Assembly: GCA_010909165.1 (NCBI GenBank)
Contig: VJWM01000019.1
Location: forward strand, 1,488,001 to 1,552,000
Reading direction: 5' to 3'
Source of the DNA: Anthoceros angustus
Lineage: Eukaryota; Plantae; Anthocerotophyta
Length of the DNA stretch: 64,000 nt
Of the stretch, positions 24,775 through 36,934 are shown piece after piece. The position numbers were made by a program, and so were the translations under genes. Position 1 is the stretch's first letter; every line of letters begins with the position of its first letter. The notes beneath the pieces were generated by a model. The model was given only the letters and a program-made list of their open reading frames with translations, was not told the origin of the DNA and made no database searches.

Positions 24775-27700
24775 CTATTTCAGCTTGGCTACGTAGGCGA
24801 GGGGGTAAGGGGAGGTGGATTTCCCGAACGGACTGCAATGCGGGAGCTTGCTCTCGATCCTGGCCACATGCTCGGTGACGAGGTTCACATCTGTTCTGAG
24901 CTTCAGCAGGTCTTCTTCGAGCTCCTGGTCTGAGGCAGGGCTAGGAGGCTTGGGCCACCAGTAGAGAGTTAGGCGGAATTTGTGAGGTCCGAGCTGGTCG
25001 GTTGTGTATTGGATCTGATGCCATCCCTTGACGCCGATGATTTCTTCGAGAGGAACTGACGTTGTCCAGGTCTCTGGTGAAGTGGAACCAAAAGACGGGG
25101 TTCTTGTTAGGGCACAAGGGTCAAGTAGGGGCTTGTTACAGTCGTAGGAGGGGACGGGCACTGACCTTGGTTAGGGTTTGCGCTTTCGATGCTGAGATTC
25201 TGGATTTTGTTGGTGTTGATGGCGAGTTGCCACCGGTGTGAGGATGCTGTGTTGATGACCACTGTAGTGGCTCTCACATCGTCTTCCACCTTGTCGTTGG
25301 TTACCAGGAGTGATGGTCGTTCTTGCCATAGACTGCTGTCGAGGTTGACGGGTTTTGTGCAGCCGTACTTTACGGCATAGCTTGCAAAGTCTGGACCACC
25401 TTTCTGGCAAGTGAAACCCTCGTCTGAGAGGAAGTCGAGTTCGTAGTCAAGGTTGCCGGGGGTTCCGGATGCAAGAGAGATGTAAGCCTTTCCTGGTGTT
25501 CCGTCACTGCCTGTTTCAATAACGTGGACAACCTGTTGAACAACGGAACAGTGTCAGGTTGAAGTGTTGGTCTAATAAGAACCACTTCAGAATTGCAGCT
25601 TCGAAGTCATGCTGTGCATGTAAGCCATGAGGGATAGGGGATGTGATCTCACATTAATTGCTCTTCCGATTTCGGGAGTGAAAGCTGGAAAAGTTTGGCA
25701 AAACACCAGCAGAAGGGCTCCAGCAGCCACTAAGAAGCAGCCGGGAATGACCCCTCGCACGCCACCTAAAAAACAAACCTTGTAAAGTAACTTGGTAAAC
25801 AGGTTAGCTACCTCGATGAGGCTCAAGCATCTGAGCAAAGAAATGTCAGCTTACCCCATCGGTGAACAAATGGCCAGAAGTATGTGAACCACAAGCAGAT
25901 AATAACAGAGATCAGCCCAGCTACCAGAAGATTCCCGACCCAATCGGGAGTACCACCAGGAAACCTGCAAAATGGACAGGTATGTCAGATGCAGCTGAAA
26001 GCAAAGAAACAAGTCCCTGAAGTCTTGACAACCTGGAAGACCCAAGGAATGAGAAACACCTGTCAAATCGCACCAGATTGGCAATCATGAACTGGGGTAA
26101 AACGAAGATGACATCTGCACTCAAGATTGTGGGCGGAATTACACCAACCCAGAAGGACAACAAGCTCAAAGGTTTCCTGGATTGTCTTCCGCGGGCGTGA
26201 TAGTTCAGAAGAATATCTACACAACGGCAGGAACCTCGGTTAGCCACAACAAACTGCAATGCATGCAAGAGAGTTAGCAAATTATCCACTCAATTCCCGG
26301 CAAACTTACAGGCGGCAGCAGGAAAAAGCAACCAGGACAGTGCCAGATACGAAGACCCTGCATTCACTGACGTGCCAAGTGCAAGGACTCCCATCCACTG
26401 TACAAGACCTGCCTTGTACGACCACCTTTCTGCTTCCACCTCCACTAGGTAGTGATCGACTCCAGCTTCAGATGAATGGACTTTGCGCAGATGGTTCAGC
26501 AAAACAGTTCTCCCAACCCAGTTGCCAATAAGAGCACCAAGCAAGGCAGGTGCCCCGAAAAGACCAATGCATAACCAGGGATTGGCAATAAACGCTATTG
26601 CATGAGAGCCCAAACGAGGCACGATAAACGAGATGATCACGGCAAACAATATCGATGATCCCCAAGTAAGCAGAAGAGTCACGAGAGCCAGAAACAAGGA
26701 TATTGCAGCTGGCAAACCATAAGGCAGGACTGATGCAACAAAAAGGAGCAGCGACTGTAATACCACAGATCTGTGAAGCACGTTTGCAAATTCCTTCGTG
26801 TATGCGACAGCATACTGGCCCTGCAGTAAGACAAGACCATGGTTGAAAAGAAAGGGCTAAACCACAACAATGTTAAATCAACCAGCAGCTACTTCAGCAC
26901 TTACCAAAATGTCAAAATAGACCATGTCCATCTTGTTTTGTAATGAATGAAGTTGAGTGGCATTCTGTCTAGGTACAGCTGACAGTTCTGGAGATGATGA
27001 AACTTCTCTAAGAAGAGCCAACAAATTGTCTCCAGAATGCTGCAGGGACCCACTTCTTAGCAACTCTACCTTGTCATTCTGGAGGCAACAAACAAAACAG
27101 GAAGTCAGGGCAAATGCGAACCACGTAAAAACTTTGCCACCGCACAGACACACAATGCTGAAGTCTCTGGACGCCATATCATAAGCCAACACAATTGTAT
27201 CGCTTCACACCTTGGTATGGTAGATGGCAAAATTCCCCATGAAAGCAAAGTCAAGACCAGAAAGTCCTGCAACCTCCCTGTACACCTGGAAATCGGTTGC
27301 AGACTTTATTTGTCCCGATTGAAATACATCCTGCATGACAAGCAGCACCAACCGCATGAATCACAAAAGGTCACGAAGACCTTGGAATATTGCAAGGCTC
27401 GTGATTATCAGGGAGGATGTTTCTCCACCAATAGATATTCCCAGGACCAATCCAAGGAGTACAATTGGGTACTTAAAACGGAGGGAAGACAGCAAGGCTG
27501 TAAATATCCAGTTAAACACTGGAACGTGCTACAGGATGAGCGAGATTCAAAAACACAATGCAGGCTCACATTACCTGTGACATTATTTGAAGTGCCGGAG
27601 AAGGAGCGACTTTAGTAAAAGCCTCAAGTAACCACTTATCAGGAGCCTGCAATAACGACACTGCAAAGCCTGAAAGGCAGCTCCTAACAGAGAATTGGAA

Positions 27701-28856
27701 ATACACAGAGAGCCATGACATGAGGTGGAGAAAGTACCTGAAAGAGAACGAACCTCCCACCCACGCCATTAGATTCGAGGTCTACGAAGGCTCTGATGGA
27801 ATTTCTCCAAGGATGCTGGAAAGGAAACAGATGTGTAACATACCAGAAAGTCTTAACCAGTTGCTGACATGGCACAAGAGAGATGAGATGGACAGCCTTG
27901 TCCCATTGACTGAAGCTACAGGGCACTCAGGTTCTGGATGAGCTGAAACCCACCTGTGTGATAAAAGAATGAGCACCGTTCAGCCCTTCTTCCTCCCCCG
28001 TGTTAAATAAAAATACTACCGAGTTCTCAAATGTGCGGCCTGACTGAGTAAGCGTACGAAGAAGCTCCAACATAACTGCTACACATGAACTACAGTCTCC
28101 AGCTCCTGCCCTGAAAAAACCAACAGAGTCTGCAATTTATCACATGAAGAAGCCAAATTTCACACAGAAGCAGTTGTACTGTCGTCAAACTCACGTTGTC
28201 ACAACAGAGTCGATATGTGAAGAGACCAGAAAAGCGTTCTGATGTGATGAGTCTTCCTTAGGACCAACTCGAACGACCACTGACTTCAGATTAGAATACG
28301 CCAAAGTCTTCCCATAAAACAGTCCTCCCCGAAGCCGATTGTACCCAGTTGCATCAAACTCACTGATTTCTACATCCAAACCAGGGTCAGCTCGCAGTTG
28401 CACCAACCTGACTTGAGATAGCACGTACTGCAACAACAAGACAAGATTCATAAGCACGGCAGTCCAAACCATCCAAAACGGAACCCATCTGCAAATACTC
28501 AAGCCTAAATATCCTACCTTCACAGCCTGTTCCAGGCCATCAGAACCCACTGGGTGGGGACCAACTGCAGTCAAGGCCTTAACATGCGCCAAAGCCCTCT
28601 CCTCTGAAAATTGAGCCAGCCCAGCAGCGCGGGCGGACTTTGCTTCTGGCAGCTTATTCTGATACTGATGCACAAAATAGGCTCCATAGAGCAACACCAC
28701 AAGCATGGTAGTCCAATCCAGAGCACCCCTCCAAGCTTTTTTAATTTGCCGTCTGGGCCGTTGCAAGCCATGGGAACTGGGCTCCTCCTTCCCAGAAGCG
28801 TCCCCTTCTGACGTGTTCTGCTGGACCCGCTTAGAGCGGTTTCTAACCGCAGCCAT
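24775..28856 (-). CDS. ERMP1: Endoplasmic reticulum metallopeptidase 1-like (peptidase M28, multi-pass membrane), multi-exon
   Basis: FSEERALAHVKALTAVGPHPVGS, LVSSHIDSV, hydrophobic mid region, C-terminus KLRTDVN..FGKSTSPYPLAY typical of plant ERMP1-like proteins. Confidence 0.92.
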
Positions 28857-29755
28857 CTCCTCTACCACAAATTCAGCCAACCACCACACCCTGGGACTGG
28901 GAAGAGGAAGAGTAAAAATCGAAGCGGAAGCCCATCAGTCTATGCATAAATAGCGCAATTTCCAACTTGTTGACTCACAAGAGCTTGACAACGCTGGTCT
29001 CGCGGTCAGGGACTCATGTCCTGTTACACATGGATCATGCTCGGTGAAAGCCGCAGAAATACTCATTTGGTGTTTTCCAATCTCGGTGGAGCAGAAGAAG
29101 AAGAAAATTATCCACAAGAAATCTGTTTTCACATTCACGCTGGAGACTGTCGTGACCTCTGCAGGGGACCGTGGTACAGACGGGGATTCCCAAACGGAGC
29201 CCATTGTCCGGACCACTCCTATTCTGCAGGTGAGAAGCAAAGCTGCTGGATTTGGGCTTTCCTGACGACGGCTACAACAATTTGCCGGCAGCATCTCAGT
29301 TTACAGCTCCTTCATAGCTGCTCCGAATACTTCCTTCCATGGTCTCCGCCCGGATGTGAAGCCGTTCAATTCTTCCTTGGCCAAGCATGATGACGAATTT
29401 GTCGTACCTATGAATCATGGTAGCGGGGTCCTGGTGGAAGTTGCTTCTCGAAGGAAGGATGTGGAGAGGTTGCGGGTTTAAGGAACTGGGCTTCAGATTC
29501 AGCAAATTACAGTCCCGAGGCAGTGTGAAGTAGATGATCAAATTGAATCGCTTCGCCACGAGGATGGTGAAGTGGGCTCATATCATTTTGAGGGCTGCCT
29601 ATCACATCTCCAGCCAAGAATACTACCTTCTGGCTCCAGCTTGCTCGACCTGTAGGTGACCATTCTTTCAGGTGGTCTGTCGGTGGGCGGGAAGCGGTGG
29701 GGGATGGAGCTTTAAATCTCTAAAATTAAAACGTTTAAAAGATTTCGATCGATCG

Positions 29756-29828
29756 GGTCCCATGGTGTAGTGGTCATCACGTCTGCTTTACACGCAGAAG
29801 GTCGCGAGTTCGATCCTCGCTGGGGCCA
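29756..29828 (+). tRNA. tRNA-Val, anticodon TAC, 73 nt, no intron
   Basis: Acceptor stem GGTCCCA/TGGGGCC; A box TGGTGTAGTGG; anticodon arm TCTGC-TTTACAC-GCAGA; T arm GCGAG-TTCGATC-CTCGC; T4 run at 29861-29864. Confidence 0.97.
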
Positions 29829-30107
29829 CTTAACGCAGTTCGAGATTACCCAAGGACTACTTTTGAGTCTACTTCTCATTTCGTTACATGGTGATGTCGC
29901 ATCTTGAATCGGATTTGATTATTGATTTACTGCATGGTTGTTGTCTCTTAATTTGTCGGGATGGCTAGCGCTTTCCTTCCGAGTAAAGCACTTGTTTAGC
30001 CACGTAATGCAAAGTGTGGAGCAGGAGTCGATGCTGCCACAAGGATGCTGTGGTTGGGGGCTTGGTGAGTTGCCTTGGAGCTGATTGCGATCATACATGT
30101 CACAGCG

Positions 30108-30760
30108 ATGGCTCGGTCCACGTTCTTGGGAAACGCGAGATCCTTTGTGAGCAACGCTCTCGGTGGAGTGAAAGGGCCTACCAACTTGGCGGCATGGGCC
30201 GTTGCAGGTGTCGCCGCCTACTTCCTCTGGGTGAAGCCTGGAAGGGAGGAGAGGCAGCGGCAAGAGGTCAGTCATTCGCCGCACAACTGCAGCTGCTGGT
30301 TTTGCTGCTCGGGTTTCTGTGCTAATTCAGGTCTCGTAGGGGGTGGCCAGGATAAATGTCGAGTCCATTAGGTCTTGCAGGAAAGGTCTGCACCTACTGC
30401 CGGATTGTATGTTTGCTTTCGTGTCGTGCCGTGCCCTGTGAAGCCTATGGCAATGGTAGAGAGGCGATTCGTACAACCGCCGGTCATGTTCAAGGCATTC
30501 AATACCACATGGTGGTGCCTGCTTTGCTGATTGTCATGTGTGTAATTTTTGTACTGCACATGCAGGAAAGAGCTGCCCGTGCAAGAGAGCAGGACCGCTT
30601 TCGTTATGTTGAGCGGACGAGGCCCATTCCTGATCCACAGGTAAAAATTACTCTTTTGTCCAGACTTGTGTCTTCAGAGATTCCAGAGTGATATGACCCT
30701 CTGTTGCTGACTGATCTTGGGCAGGAGACTGGGCTCATCCGGGGTAAAGGGAAGGATTGA
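30108..30760 (+). CDS. 89-aa single-pass membrane protein of a conserved uncharacterised plant family; exons 30108-30266, 30566-30640, 30725-30760
   Basis: MARSTFLGNARSFVSNALGGVKGPTNLAAWAVAGVAAYFLWVKP..ERQRQE|ERAARAR..YVERTRPIPDPQ|ETGLIRGKGKD*. Phase-0 GT-AG introns; the NLAAW-VAG--AY-LWVKP and DPQ-TGLI motifs match a small plant family as I recall it. Confidence 0.85.
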
Positions 30761-31599
30761 ATTGGGACCGGTCTCAGCTGAGATGGTATCGGCATTGTAC
30801 CTTTAAGTTTGGAGAGGCTGGGATAGAACAGACTGTAGGATCTTTGAATCCTATTTGTTGGAACGGGCTCATTCCCTGTTCAGTTCCCGAGCACACTCAA
30901 GAAACCAACCAGTCTGACTGAGGGAGCTTCGCCAAAGTTTCATGTGGAACATGGTCTGCTGGATGAATCTGATACACATTTCATCTAACTCCAGTATCGA
31001 AAGCTGAGTCATCTAATTACTCTGTGGAAATAAACGTATCAGAACTGGATGCCACAGATTTCATTTGGAACCGAGAAGCTAGAATGCTGCAATGCTACAC
31101 TTGTCTCACGTCGTCACACGTTCTGCTTGACAGACTCTTCCTATGATGGGAATTCGGGAATGGTTGGATTGTCAAAACACAAGAAATGATATATGTACTT
31201 ATGACACAGCGAGTGATACAAAATGCTTTAGAGTGGGGACAGTGTGTGCCAGTTGCCAGTGTCTATATTCACACAACTGGCACCGTACTACACGTGTCGA
31301 CGTCGTTAATATTATGTGCAAGCAGCTTCCAAAAGCGGCTTACAAATGAATGTTGGTTTTCGTTCTACTTACATTAGACTAGACGTCGTAAATTTTTCTA
31401 CTAGTGCACAAGTCAGCCAATTTGCAAAACGTGCTCAGTGTTCAGAGTAGCAGCCACCCTCCCCATATGTCCCCGTGCTGTTCCGTGGAAGTGGCTCCTC
31501 TAGTCGCATCCATTCCTATCTCGGATAGACTAGCTCCATTTGTCAGCTTAAGTCGATTTCCAGTCACCTATATAAGTACAGTCCGCTCTGAGTAGTCAA

Positions 31600-34500
31600 T
31601 TAAGTACCGCCCCCATTTCCATTTCTCGGAGTGACCAGTTCCCTAGGTTCTGTTGAAGGAGATTTATCCTCGCCCAGAGGAAGTGTTCGCTTGGGACCGT
31701 CCAAGGCAACCCCAAGAATCAACATATCATCCACGGATGGAGACCTCGGGATTGAAGAAGCCCCTGACGTCTGAATCCTCTGATCACTTGTTGAAGGCAA
31801 CTCATCATCCAGCGGTAATGTTCGTTTTGGCCCATCTATGGCGACTCCAAGTAGAACATTTTCTTCCAAGGACTGAGGCATCTGTACAGGTGAAACTCTC
31901 TCATCTGCAGCACTACCAGTAGAAGCTCTGTGATTTGGGTGCATATATTCCTGTTTCTCTGGAACACCTGAGGAAGGACTTTGCTGCCTCCATGGATCAT
32001 CACTTTCAGCATTTTCCAAACCGCCTACCGAGTCTGACTTTCCCTTCGATGATATCGGATCACTTGGTGCTGGCGATAACTTATCAGCCCCAGTCTCTTT
32101 CATAAGTAGCTCTGCATCAGTCAACTTAACCTCTGTTGGCAGCTTTTCACTAGCTGGTTTAGATGGAGTCCTCTCTCCAGGAGGCCTCTTCACATTCTGC
32201 ATGGTCTGCTCCTGGGTAGTCTCAGTGCCTTTACTTGTAAGAATCTCACCCCTTGTGACAGCCTGTTCGCTGGCACTTTTAGTCCCACCCTTCTCAATTC
32301 CGTTCTTCACTCGCATTTTTTCATTGGAAGCTTTACCTGTGAGCTTGTCCCCTGATGAAATATCACCATATGGCCCTGAGTCAAGAGGCCCCTCAGGAAT
32401 CTTTGCGGGAGGCTTCTCAAATGCAGCTCCAAGCAGAGTAATATCTCCAGCATTAAGGCCCATAGAGTCTAGACCCTCCAGCTGCGGCTTTGGAGCTGAT
32501 GGCTGGAGAGGTGACTCGACAGCCGATGCAACAGCTGCAGCTGTGGAAACACCTTTTGTTTCTGCAGCAGCCGTAACTTTCTCTTTTACCTCAGGTCCTT
32601 TCACATCCACACCAGCAACTACTTTGTCTTTTAAGTCCACCTTAGGAATAGAATCCGCCTCTTCAACTCCCAAGGAAACCTTCTTGGGTGTGCTAGATCT
32701 GTCAGCCCCATTCTCAACAGACTCAGCTTTCACTTTCACAAGCTCCTTATCCTCATCAGCACTCGTGACAGCTGCTTCAACTAGGAGGAAGGGCCGGTTA
32801 GTCTCGCTCCGAGCCGTCACATCACGGAAGGGCGAGTGTCGAGACTCATTCTCATCCATAAGTCGCTGCACCGATCGGATTGGAGTAGCAAGACGGGCAT
32901 GATGGTGACTGATAACCTTCAGAAGATCCAGTAGTATCACCTCCTGCAAAATGCAATGTGTGATGAAGTAAATGACTGCAATAATAGGACAGACAGAAGC
33001 CAGAGTCTATCACAACGAGCAGATTTGAGGAAGGATTTCATTGAGTTTCCACCTTCACCCGAAGATACTCCTCAAAATGGGGGGTCTTCACAAAGCAGGA
33101 CACCAAAATCTGTCATCGCAAATTATGCTCAGGATCAGGACCTGTCACAGCTTCCAGAGCAAAAGAAAAAAATAGCATTAAGAAGGGTGCATGAAGATTC
33201 AAAGAGCACCAACCAGAAGTGCCTGATTTTCAGGATCAATGTTGTCAAAAAATACTCTGCGATGCAATCTGTGTTGCTCAACACTGGGGTGTTTTGCCAA
33301 GACTTTGCGCATGTCAGCTACAATGTGCTGCACACAACAGGCCCAAGACATGCACAATCAGAGACCATTGCAGGATTTCACGGATAGGTTCCTTACTCTA
33401 AGAAATTCCTCAGGGCTTTGAGCTGCAGCATTCAAGACACTGACCTTTATTTTGTTGACATCCAGATGGCTGATGCCAAAATGAGTTTTAATTCGCCAAT
33501 GGCTTTTTTGAGTCAAATTACGAACAACACTAACAGTGAACTTGTGATTTGGTATGTGCACTGCCTCGCGATCATCACCCCTGATAACTGTGGGAGACCA
33601 CCATCCAACATGCTGCACGAAATAGGCAAAGTCAACCCATATGCATCTGCCTCCCCACCCAAGTATATCAATCAAGTAAAGCAATTGCATTCAGAAGCTC
33701 TAAGCAGAGCATAAGAAACGATATTGATGTACTAGGACAAAACAACTATTGACAAAATCAGTACAGAACATGGTACACACCTCCACGGTCCCAGAAACTT
33801 CTTGACCTTCTATTTTAGTCTGGATCCATTCACTCTCCACAAATGGTCGTGTGGCATGTATCATCACACTGGAAAGAAAATTTGTAAAAATCTGGATCAT
33901 AGAACACCAGAAGTTAAAACGGCATGTGAATCTCTCCTTATCACCCAAATTCCTGCAACTGGAAATTGATTACTGCTAGATTACATTTAAGAAGGGGAAT
34001 GAAACCGACAATCAGCTTACATGGTTCCAAAAGAGAAAAATACCTCTCGACCAGCAAGTGTCAACAGGACAGTTCCAAATCCACCGGCAGTGATCCACTT
34101 CTGGGTGGAAAATCCGAGCAGCTCCATGAACAAGCAAACAGCTGCCACCCAAACTGATGTATAAACCGTATTCCCTATGAACTGCACTCCAACCTGGCAA
34201 AGAAATCCACAGGAACGAATTTGTCAGGCTTAAAACTTTGAATTGAGCCCACGAATTTGCCAAAAACAAGAGAGATAAAACGGCCAGAGGGATGAGGCGG
34301 CATGCACGTACATTTCTAGCTTCTTGAGAATCTTGGCGCTCCATCATGAACTTCTGGATCTGCTGTGTAAGGCTGCAACGGACAAGAAAGCCTAACCCTG
34401 TTACTACAGATGTCATCACACAATCGAGAAGGAGTACTACTGTCTACTACGAGCAATCTGATACGAGGCATCTCGACAAGCACAGGCATGAAGGCCATCT

Positions 34501-35553
34501 CGACAAGCACGTGCACGAAGGCCTAAGTCAGAAAACAAGATTACCTGGCCGTACACACTGCAAAAGCCAGAACAGTCGACAGCGACCTCACAAAATTTAC
34601 AAAACGTTGCTTGATGGCATTACTAGCTTCTGTTGACAACACAAGGGGGTCAACGGCTCTGCCACACAATGAATTATTAGAAAATTGTAAACCCGGTTAA
34701 GGAACATCCCATAAGTTAGAAGGTGACAGGACGGCTCTCAAGCACAATACCTGCAGATAACAATCACTCCGATCCACAAAAGGATGGGTCTGAGGTAGGA
34801 CGCCATCAGGTACTGAGTAAGGCTGTTCTCCCAGCTTTTCTCGCTTCTCTGCAAAGCCAACAATCAAACTGGAGTAAGCCCGTGAGCACACGCTTCGACA
34901 AAGGCCTTCAAACATGCCAGCAGGACATTAAACAGCTGCATGAGGACAAACCTGGAAAAACGTTTTGCGGAGCTGTCTCACAAACGGTCCAAGCCCCCAT
35001 ACCGAGAAGGCGATCAAACCAAGAGCTGGGACAGTTTGGACCACCGTAGGGTGTGCCTTCAGAATCAAAAGAGCCCTGCCCACCACTAGCCAAAAAAGTG
35101 AATAATCCAGGAACTCCACATCCAAGGCAGAGGACGAAAAAGCCAGCTGCGTCCAGACTAACATTCCCCCAAAAAAAAACATAGCCCTCCTTACCTAGCA
35201 ACCACCACACTCAACCCCTTCACCGCAGCCAGAGACGCCTGCTTGACCTGCCCCTTCACTACCGGAAGGTCGAACACCAACGACGCGGACGCGCACGGAA
35301 CAGGCGCCACATGACACCTCGCAGCTGCTGGCTTCATTTCCACTCGCCGCCAGAGCTGGGAGCACCACGGGTCTTGAAGCAACGGCGTCGTCCGTAACTG
35401 CGTCACCACACAGCAGCGCGCATTCAGCACCAACCCCCCTTCCCCAACCCCCGAAAATCCCACACAGAAACGCGAGCAAAACAACTTACACCCAGCGGCC
35501 CTCCGCAACCCAACCGGGACGACCCCGGCAGCTGCAACCCCAACCCCTGCCAT
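31600..35553 (-). CDS. MSL2: Plastid mechanosensitive ion channel, MscS-like MSL2/MSL3 type, multi-exon
   Basis: Transit-peptide exon, then [97 protein letters not shown], and a long low-complexity C-tail. Confidence 0.93.
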
Positions 35554-36934
35554 CTGCTCCTCTGCAATCAACGGCACAAACCCCACGACTCAGCCACAAG
35601 ATCAGCCAAGAACGCAGCAACAACAACAACACCTGCAGCCCTTCCACACATCAAACGGCAACCCTGCAACGTACACGAGTCCCCGCGGGCCGCTCCTGCT
35701 GCAGACTCCCCAGACCCCGCACCTGCCCTAGCTGCAGTGAACCGAGTGCCGCCATGACAGCCCACTAACCATACATCCCACCGCGGCTCCGCCCAGTCCC
35801 CCACACTCGCCAATTCCCCCTTCCCCTCCCCTTCCAGCTGACCCCGCAGCAACCCACCAGCGCACTGCCTGCAAGCCGCGGGAAGAAAATGCCCCTAGCT
35901 GCGGCACCCAATTCCCCAATTCCTCGACCCACGCCGGGCGGCAGCTCTCCAGGGGGGCCGCGCGTGCATCCAGGCCATCACGCTCGGGGAGGGAGAGCCC
36001 GAACCCCAGGCCTGCGAGCCACCAAACCCCAGCCCCAGCCCGGGACGCAGCATACGTGGGTCAGTTCAGCGTGCGGGTCGGGGGGAGGGCATGGAGGCGC
36101 ACATGGAGCCCTCCCTGCACAGTGCGCTTTATATCGCAGGCTGGTTTATCCGGCCGTGAGAGGCACAGAAGAGCAGGTGTCAAGAGGGAACCCTGGTGGG
36201 CAAGGCAGTGGGCAAGCACAGGCGGGCATATGCGTTCCCCAACAGCTCTCCCCTCTCGCAGCACAGACGGACTGTTAACAGCAGGCCGCGAGCGGTTGCC
36301 GGTGCGAAAGTCGAGGCGGAGTGAACGCCGCTGCTACTGCACGTTCACGGCAGCCCGTGTCGCCCAATAGGAAGCTCCGCTGCAGCTCCTGGACATTGGC
36401 CGGGCGCCCCTTCTTTCCGTTCCCAGTGCGCCAATAATGGGCCTCTCCCTTCCCGACTTCCTCCACGCACCGCCTACGCTGTCGGATGTGCTAAACCTGT
36501 TGTGTACGGGACTACGATCCACGTCGGCCTTGCACGTCATTTCCCCCGCCAGTCTTCAATGCCCCACCACCGTCAGGCAGCCCTGTTGCTCGCAGCCGTG
36601 GAATACCATTTGTACAACGCTTTGGCATCACATATCAGGTCCATGTATTTTATTAGATAGTTGATGGTTGTCGAATATCCTTGAAATTCATCGATAAAAA
36701 AAACAAACCTCCCAATATTTGCAAACACATTCGGAACTTCATTGTACCATCCCCAATTCTCAATCTCCGCAAAGAGATTACTCTTTACTTGAAATACTAT
36801 TTGAAAACCTTTTCGGTAAATTCAGAAATCATAAAAGAAGTTGGAGATCACCAAACCCAGTTCATGAGTAACAACAAACTAAGATCTTTGCCTCAACCTA
36901 CGTTTCATTTCTCTCATGTCCTAATGGGGAGATT

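Noticed and set aside
32201-32902. 233-aa plus-strand ORF
   Set aside because: Antisense to the low-complexity MSL C-terminal exon.
35560-36540. GC-rich ORFs on both strands upstream of MSL
   Set aside because: Low-complexity G/P/A-rich translations; best explained as MSL 5' leader and promoter.
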